The notes under the pieces: generated by a model
What the model was told of the DNA's origin: nothing
Databases searched by the model: none
Seen by the model: the letters and a program-made list of their open reading frames with translations, nothing else
Part shown: positions 58,326 to 64,000 of the stretch, piece by piece
How the letters are laid out: every line of letters starts with the position of its first letter
Numbering within the stretch: position 1 is the stretch's first letter
NCBI GenBank assembly: GCA_965242965.1
Contig: OZ251518.1
Span: 2,144,001 to 2,208,000 of the forward strand
Source: Candidatus Poribacteria bacterium
GTDB taxonomy: Bacteria > Poribacteria > WGA-4E > WGA-3G
Direction of reading: 5' to 3'
DNA: 64,000 bases
Translations under genes and position numbers: made by a program

Positions 58326-60833
58326 TCACAAAACGCTCGTTGGAGCGATGTCTATCACCAATTCAACGGCGTTGGATTTAATGGCCGGCGGCGGTTCGGC
58401 AGTGAGTTGCTGAATGCGTAGCGAGATGGCTTCAGCCGTTTCACTGCGGAGTAAGAAGTGCCACCGAAATTTCCCTTCAATTTTGGAGAGCGGTGCGGGG
58501 GCGGGCCCCAGAATTTCCACCAAATCTCCATCAGTTTGCGAGTTCTGGAGTTGATTTACCACGGTGTGCGCCGCGTCAATCACCGATTTTTCGTCTTTGC
58601 CGCGGAGGAGAAGCCGCGCTATGTGCGAAAAAGGTGGGTAGCGCAACGCACCGCGCGCCGCTACCTCCTGTTCATAGAAACCGATATAGTCGTGCTTCTG
58701 TGCCGCTGTGATGCAGTAATGCGCCGGCATATAGGTTTGGACGATAACCTCACCCGGTATTTCGGCGCGCCCAGAACGTCCAGCGACTTGCGTCAGCAGG
58801 CTGAACGTCTGTTCGCTCGCGCGGAAATCCGGGAGATTCAAGGCAGTATCCGCCGCGATAACCCCGACGAGGGTGACGTTCGGAAAATCCAACCCTTTCG
58901 CCACCATCTGTGTGCCGATGAGGATGTCGATTTCCTGCTGCTGAAACGCCGCTAATATCTGCTGATGCGCGTTCTTCCGCGCCGTGGAATCGGCATCAAA
59001 CCTTTTGACGTTCGCGGCAGGGAACGCCTTGCGCACCTCTTGCTCAATCGCCTCTGTCCCCATACCAAAATAGCGGATGGCCGGGCTACTACACTGCGGA
59101 CATGTCGGATGCGTATCGCGCCGATGCCCGCAGTGATGACAGACGAGTTTCTTCGTCTCAAAGTGAAACGTCAAAGATATGGAACAGTTGTTGCACCGCT
59201 CAACGTAGCCGCAGGTTCGGCAGAAAACGTAAGTTGAATGTCCGCGCCGGTTCAGGAATAAGATAATTTGCTCCCGCTTCACGAGGCGTTGTTCAATAGC
59301 GTTTCGGAGAAGCGCGGAGAAGATGGTGCGGTTTCCACCTTTCAACTCGGCGCGCATATCAACGATATGCACCTCTGGCATCTCTCTATCCAACACCCGC
59401 GTCGGAAGACTGAGGAGTTGATACGTGCCGTTGCGAGCGCGGTAGAAACTTTCCAACGAAGGTGTCGCGCTGCCGAGTAGGAGCGCGCAGTTGGCGAGTT
59501 CACTCCGTTTCTGGGCAACTTCCCGGGCGTGGTAACGCGGGGCCTTGTCCGATTTATAGGAGTCCGAGTGCTCTTCGTCGATAATTATCAGCCCCAATTC
59601 TCTGACCGGGGCGAACACGGCGGACCGCGGGCCGATGACGATGGTGGCTTCTCCTTTTTGGATGCGATGCCAACTGTCATAACGTTCGCCGTCGCTAAGA
59701 CGGCTGTGTAGCACCGCGACGCGCTCGCCAAACCGGCCGATAAATCGTGAGGCAGTCTGCGGTGTCAGTGAAATCTCTGGCACTAAGACGATGACAGACT
59801 TCCCGCCCTCCAAAATCTGCGCGATTGCCTGCATGTAGACTTCGGTTTTGCCGCTCCCGGTTACGCCGTGAAGGAGCAAAATCCGTCCAATATCCATCGG
59901 CGCGCCAGCACTGTGCGAAGACAATCGCGCCAGCGCGTTCTGAACCTCGGCAAACGCCGCGGCTTGTGCCGGATTGAGCTGATAAGGTTTCGTCGCCGCA
60001 ACCGGTTGGCAGCTCAATGGGTTGCGCAACACCCGCGCCTGCGTAATCTTGATGAAGCCGCGTCTCTCAAGCGTGCGGAGCAGGGAGAGACTCGTGCCCG
60101 CCTGCTCGGCGAGCTCTGCCGTGGTTATCGGCGCGTCTTCGTTAAGTAGGATGCGCAGGATTTCCGCGTGTTTCGCGGCGGCAGGACGACGGCGGTTTCC
60201 ATCGGCACCGCGCGCTTCCGCTGTGAGGCGCGCAATCTCCGCCGCAATCTCGTTTGGTGTTAACGCCAAGGATGCCACCGTCGCAGTCTGCGCAGAGGCT
60301 TTCGGTTTGTGAGTGACGTAAACATCAACAACGCCTTTTTCACGAAGCGCGGAGATTTTCGGACGGAGATTCGTGTAACTGACACCGACGCGCCGCGCAA
60401 GTTGATTCGGTGTGAGCTCCCCTTCTGCCTCCAACAGCGCGACAATCTCCTTTTGCACGCCTCTGACACTCGGTTTATCTCCTGATTTGAGTTGCACTCG
60501 CTGCCGTTTCTCGCTTCGCACGGCGGCAGGCACCGCACAAAAGAGCGCGTTCCCCCAGGGAGAGACGTAATAGTCCGCCATCCACTTTGTCAACGCGAGC
60601 AACTCAGCAGAGAACGTTGGATATTTATCGAGACAGTCAGATATACTTTTGATTTTGTTGGGAGTCAGAGCCGTCACGTCTATCCGTTCAACGACAACGC
60701 CTTCCTGCGTGCTTCGTCGAAACGGCGCGAGCACACGGACACCCGGTTGCACAACGGCATCCAGATGCGGCGGCACGGCGTATGTGAACAGCTGATCGAT
60801 CGCGAGTGGAAAGGCGATGTTGGCGTAGCGCAT
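58326..60833 (-). CDS. priA: Primosomal protein N'
   Basis: GVTGSGKTEVY, LVPEISLTPQ, DEEH, LGSATPS, Zn-finger CxxC pairs, GTQMVAKGLDF. Confidence 0.97.
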   Translation of the reverse strand: MRYANIAFPLAIDQLFTYAVPPHLDAVVQPGVRVLAPFRRSTQEGVVVERIDVTALTPNKIKSISDCLDKYPTFSAELLALTKWMADYYVSPWGNALFCAVPAAVRSEKRQRVQLKSGDKPSVRGVQKEIVALLEAEGELTPNQLARRVGVSYTNLRPKISALREKGVVDVYVTHKPKASAQTATVASLALTPNEIAAEIARLTAEARGADGNRRRPAAAKHAEILRILLNEDAPITTAELAEQAGTSLSLLRTLERRGFIKITQARVLRNPLSCQPVAATKPYQLNPAQAAAFAEVQNALARLSSHSAGAPMDIGRILLLHGVTGSGKTEVYMQAIAQILEGGKSVIVLVPEISLTPQTASRFIGRFGERVAVLHSRLSDGERYDSWHRIQKGEATIVIGPRSAVFAPVRELGLIIIDEEHSDSYKSDKAPRYHAREVAQKRSELANCALLLGSATPSLESFYRARNGTYQLLSLPTRVLDREMPEVHIVDMRAELKGGNRTIFSALLRNAIEQRLVKREQIILFLNRRGHSTYVFCRTCGYVERCNNCSISLTFHFETKKLVCHHCGHRRDTHPTCPQCSSPAIRYFGMGTEAIEQEVRKAFPAANVKRFDADSTARKNAHQQILAAFQQQEIDILIGTQMVAKGLDFPNVTLVGVIAADTALNLPDFRASEQTFSLLTQVAGRSGRAEIPGEVIVQTYMPAHYCITAAQKHDYIGFYEQEVAARGALRYPPFSHIARLLLRGKDEKSVIDAAHTVVNQLQNSQTDGDLVEILGPAPAPLSKIEGKFRWHFLLRSETAEAISLRIQQLTAEPPPAIKSNAVELVIDIAPTSVL

Positions 60834-60916
60834 TTTTTTCGTGGACGTTTTCCTATCAGGTTCAATAGGCGCGATGACAAAGCGCGCCTACGGGAAATTA
60901 TGCAAGTTTGGTAACA

Positions 60917-62446
60917 TTAACGCCGCAGCGTGAGCTCTGTCTGCTCATCTTTAAAGTGCCGTTCCGATTTGTGCCGCGATTCTACGCGCCACGGCAACCG
61001 GATCCTTTTGTTGAGAGACTCCGGATCCGCAAAGTATCCATCATCAATCTGCCAGAATTGGAGGCACGGATAAGATACGCCGTTATGCTGGAATGTCCCC
61101 ATGCTTTCCTGTATCGCCTTCATGCCGCGGGTGATCGGCTCGACGGTGATAAAAATGCCGACCTGGGCTTTCTGTTCACGGATAGCGTGGCAGAATGCGC
61201 GCAGCGCAGATATACTGGGTTTACCTGATTTGACTTCGGCGATAATGCGCGTATTCCGATCTCGCTGGGTGCGAGGGACCCGCACTTTCACGGCACCGGT
61301 GCTATCAAATCCACCATCGCCAACATTTGCTGTCGGTTCGAGCCCAATGCGCGTCACTGCCCAATTCGCAAAATCGTGATACTTTTCCCGGTCGCGAACG
61401 AGCAGCATCACTTCCCGCATATTCGTCGGATAGCCCGCAATCTCATTATCAACGGAAGGCTCCAGTCCATGCCTATCGCGTAGCCGTTCCTGCATCGGAT
61501 CCAGCGCGACGAGCGTCACATCAATGCCTATCCACTGCCGATTTAGCGTTTCTGCCGCGTCAAGTGTCGTGCCGCAGCCGCAAAACGGATCAAGCACAAT
61601 GTCGCCGGGGTTTGATGACGCTCGGATTATCCGTTCATAGAGGGCACGCGGCTTCTGCGTCGGATAGCCGAGACGCTCCTTGGCAGTCGCCCCAATCTGA
61701 TTCATCTCACTCCCGCGCAGATAGGTGAAGACATCGTCCATCGGGGTTCCCTCATCCCAATAGAAACGCTTCCATTCGCCATGCTTATCCCTGGTCCGAT
61801 TCCTGCGATATTCTCGGCCATCCTCGTCTTGATACTTGAACATGTGTCTCGTCTTTTCAGCATACGGCATCCGTGGCTGATTGAACACGAAGGAGGGCCC
61901 TTTGACGTAGCGCAGGATAATGTCGTGCTTACGTTTGAAGTCCTGACGCGGCGCGTTGCCCGCCGAATAGTGCCAAATAATCTCATTCCTGAAGTTGCCG
62001 ACACCGAACATGGCATCCATCAAACCTTTCAGGTAATGGCTCGCCGTCGGATCGCAGTGCAAATACATGCTTCCCTTCAGGTGGAGCACGCGGTGGAGTT
62101 CAAGGATGCGGGGCCCCATGAAAGTGAGATACGCGCGCATCGCACTCGGCGCACCACTTGTTGCCTTCTGGAGCACGAAGTCATAGCCGGTGAGCGCGTT
62201 GTTGAGCGCGGCGTAACTTTCGGATGTCCGGGCGAGTTTCTCAATTTCATGACGTGCGTCCTGCGCTGCATCGTCCCATGTCCACGTATCCACGAACGCT
62301 GTCCGCTGTGATTGCGATGCTTTCAAAAACGTGTTGTAGTTGCGGCCGCTGTTGAAAGGCGGATCGGTGCAGACGAGATGGACGCATCCTGTCTCCAATT
62401 CTCGCAAGATTTCAAGGTTATCCCCGAAGTAAATTTTACGCAGCAT
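60917..62446 (-). CDS. N6/N4 DNA methyltransferase fused to a C-terminal Mrr-like endonuclease domain
   Basis: GDNL, DPPFNS, YPTQKP, LDPFCGCGTT; C-terminal DGGFD...EVKSG...GIFIT. Confidence 0.85.
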   Translation of the reverse strand: MLRKIYFGDNLEILRELETGCVHLVCTDPPFNSGRNYNTFLKASQSQRTAFVDTWTWDDAAQDARHEIEKLARTSESYAALNNALTGYDFVLQKATSGAPSAMRAYLTFMGPRILELHRVLHLKGSMYLHCDPTASHYLKGLMDAMFGVGNFRNEIIWHYSAGNAPRQDFKRKHDIILRYVKGPSFVFNQPRMPYAEKTRHMFKYQDEDGREYRRNRTRDKHGEWKRFYWDEGTPMDDVFTYLRGSEMNQIGATAKERLGYPTQKPRALYERIIRASSNPGDIVLDPFCGCGTTLDAAETLNRQWIGIDVTLVALDPMQERLRDRHGLEPSVDNEIAGYPTNMREVMLLVRDREKYHDFANWAVTRIGLEPTANVGDGGFDSTGAVKVRVPRTQRDRNTRIIAEVKSGKPSISALRAFCHAIREQKAQVGIFITVEPITRGMKAIQESMGTFQHNGVSYPCLQFWQIDDGYFADPESLNKRIRLPWRVESRHKSERHFKDEQTELTLRR

Positions 62447-62483
62447 GATGCCGATTATCCTTTTATGTTTTCCTAGTGAACGC

Positions 62484-62816
62484 TGGCGGGGGGCAGGCCC
62501 CCGCGCTACGATAAAAAACGGCACTTCATCGTAGGGTTTGGGCCCTCGGATGCCACACGCGCATCCGAGCGGGTTCCCCTCGCCAGCGTCCACGCACCAG
62601 GCCCTGTAGGTCAGGATCGCCTGATCCTGACCTGTTTGTGATCAGGCGATCACAAACTACAGAGGGGAAACACACATCGGGACGATGGAGATCGCGGGCG
62701 AAACCCGCTCGGATGCGCGTATGGCATCCGAGGGCCCCCGCGCTACGGTAATCGAGAAATCGCGGGGGACAGGCCCCCGCGCTACGGGAACATCAAGCCC
62801 CGAGGTCTCTCCTACC
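62484..62816. repeat. REP array between the methyltransferase paralogues
   Basis: GTAG hairpins, two with loop inserts. Confidence 0.85.
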
Positions 62817-62839
62817 GGGATGTATCAAGACCTGCGCGC

Positions 62840-63829
62840 CTATTGACACTTCCCTTTTTGCTCGTTTTCGTAATCGACAGACGGTTCAAGTCCATGTCTC
62901 TCGCGGAGCCGCTTCTGCACCAATTCTAACGCGAGGAGCGTCACATCGATGCCTATCCACTGCCGACTTAGCGTTTCCGCTGCGTCAAGTGTCGTGCCGC
63001 AGCCGCAAAACGGATCGAGCACGATGTCACCGGGGTTCGATGAAACTCGGATTATCCGTTCGTATAATGTCCGCGGCTTTTGTGTCGGATATCCCAGCCA
63101 CTCCTTCGTCGATTTATAGGCGGGTGCAACATCTGTCCACCAATCAAAAGGCACTTTACCTTTCACCAATTCTGCCGCCACTGCGTCATCGAAAACCTTC
63201 GGATTTCCTCTGCGCCATCCTTCTTGCACCGTGCGCTTATCGATTCGCGCGTGTGGGATGAGAATATCCTCTGGATTGAAAGTGTTGTCCTCGCCTTTAG
63301 CATAAAACAAGAGGATGTCGTGTTTGCGAGGAAAATGCCGCTTTGGCCGTCCCGGCGAACCATATCCCCAAATAATCTGATTCCTGAAGTTCGCCACGCC
63401 GAACACGGCATCCATCAACCCTTTTAGATAGTGACTCGCCGTTGCGTCACAGTGGAGATACATGCTACCTGCTGGATGCAGGACACGATGACACTCCACG
63501 ATACGTGGCCCCATGAAGGCGAGATAGGCACGCATGGCACTCGGCGCGCCGTTCGTCGCTTGCTGTAACACAAAGTCATAGCCGATGAGCGCGTTGTTGA
63601 GCGCGGCGTAACTTGGAGAAGTCGGTGCGCGGCTGTCAATTTCACGCCGTGCGTCTTGCGCTGCATCGTCCCATGTCCACGTGTCCACAAACGCTGTTTT
63701 CTGTGACTGCGAGTCGGTGTAGTTGCGGCCGCTGTTGAACGGCGGATCGGCGCAGACGAGCTGAACGCACCCTGTCTCCAATTCTCGTAAAATTCCAAGG
63801 TTATCCCCGAAGTAAATTTTACGCAGCAT
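62840..63829 (-). CDS. N6/N4 DNA methyltransferase (paralogue without the nuclease domain)
   Basis: GDNL, DPPFNS, YPTQKP, LDPFCGCGTT. Confidence 0.87.
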   Translation of the reverse strand: MLRKIYFGDNLGILRELETGCVQLVCADPPFNSGRNYTDSQSQKTAFVDTWTWDDAAQDARREIDSRAPTSPSYAALNNALIGYDFVLQQATNGAPSAMRAYLAFMGPRIVECHRVLHPAGSMYLHCDATASHYLKGLMDAVFGVANFRNQIIWGYGSPGRPKRHFPRKHDILLFYAKGEDNTFNPEDILIPHARIDKRTVQEGWRRGNPKVFDDAVAAELVKGKVPFDWWTDVAPAYKSTKEWLGYPTQKPRTLYERIIRVSSNPGDIVLDPFCGCGTTLDAAETLSRQWIGIDVTLLALELVQKRLRERHGLEPSVDYENEQKGKCQ

Positions 63830-64000
63830 GATGCCGGGTATCCTTTGCAAAAGCGTGATGAGAAAAACGCTGCTATTCGGCTAAACGTTTTATCACCTTT
63901 TGGATATCCTCCCACACTTCGCGCTTCGCGCTTGGATTGCGGAGGAGATATGCGGGGTGATACGTCGGCATTATCACCGGCGCGTTGTCCCGTTGTCCCG

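Overview
Bacterial chromosomal window with no rRNA, tRNA or CRISPR array seen. The gene mix (three sulfatases, several Gfo/Idh/MocA oxidoreductases, DUF1501, futalosine pathway, several DNA methyltransferases) suggests Candidatus Poribacteria or a similar lineage; this is inference only. Housekeeping genes are trpE, hisI, infC-rpmI-rplT-pheS-pheT-menG, mutL, mqnE/mqnA, trpS and priA. Most intergenic spaces hold arrays of at least six distinct GTAG-type REP hairpins. Some arrays sit inside a MITE-like element with GAGGGTGTTTCATAAAT ends and 9-10 bp target duplications. REP copies also appear inside pheT, inside a pheS T-box leader, and overlapping stop codons. Best candidates for new biology: (1) a two-gene STAND-NTPase module (Sm-like+NTPase followed by NTPase+HEPN) beside duplicated PD-(D/E)xK-like genes; (2) the nested REP/MITE system; (3) a type III mod gene frameshifted at a G8 tract; (4) tandem methyltransferases with unrelated specificity regions; (5) an RDD-PspA fusion. 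All calls come from motif reading by eye; no database search was run.
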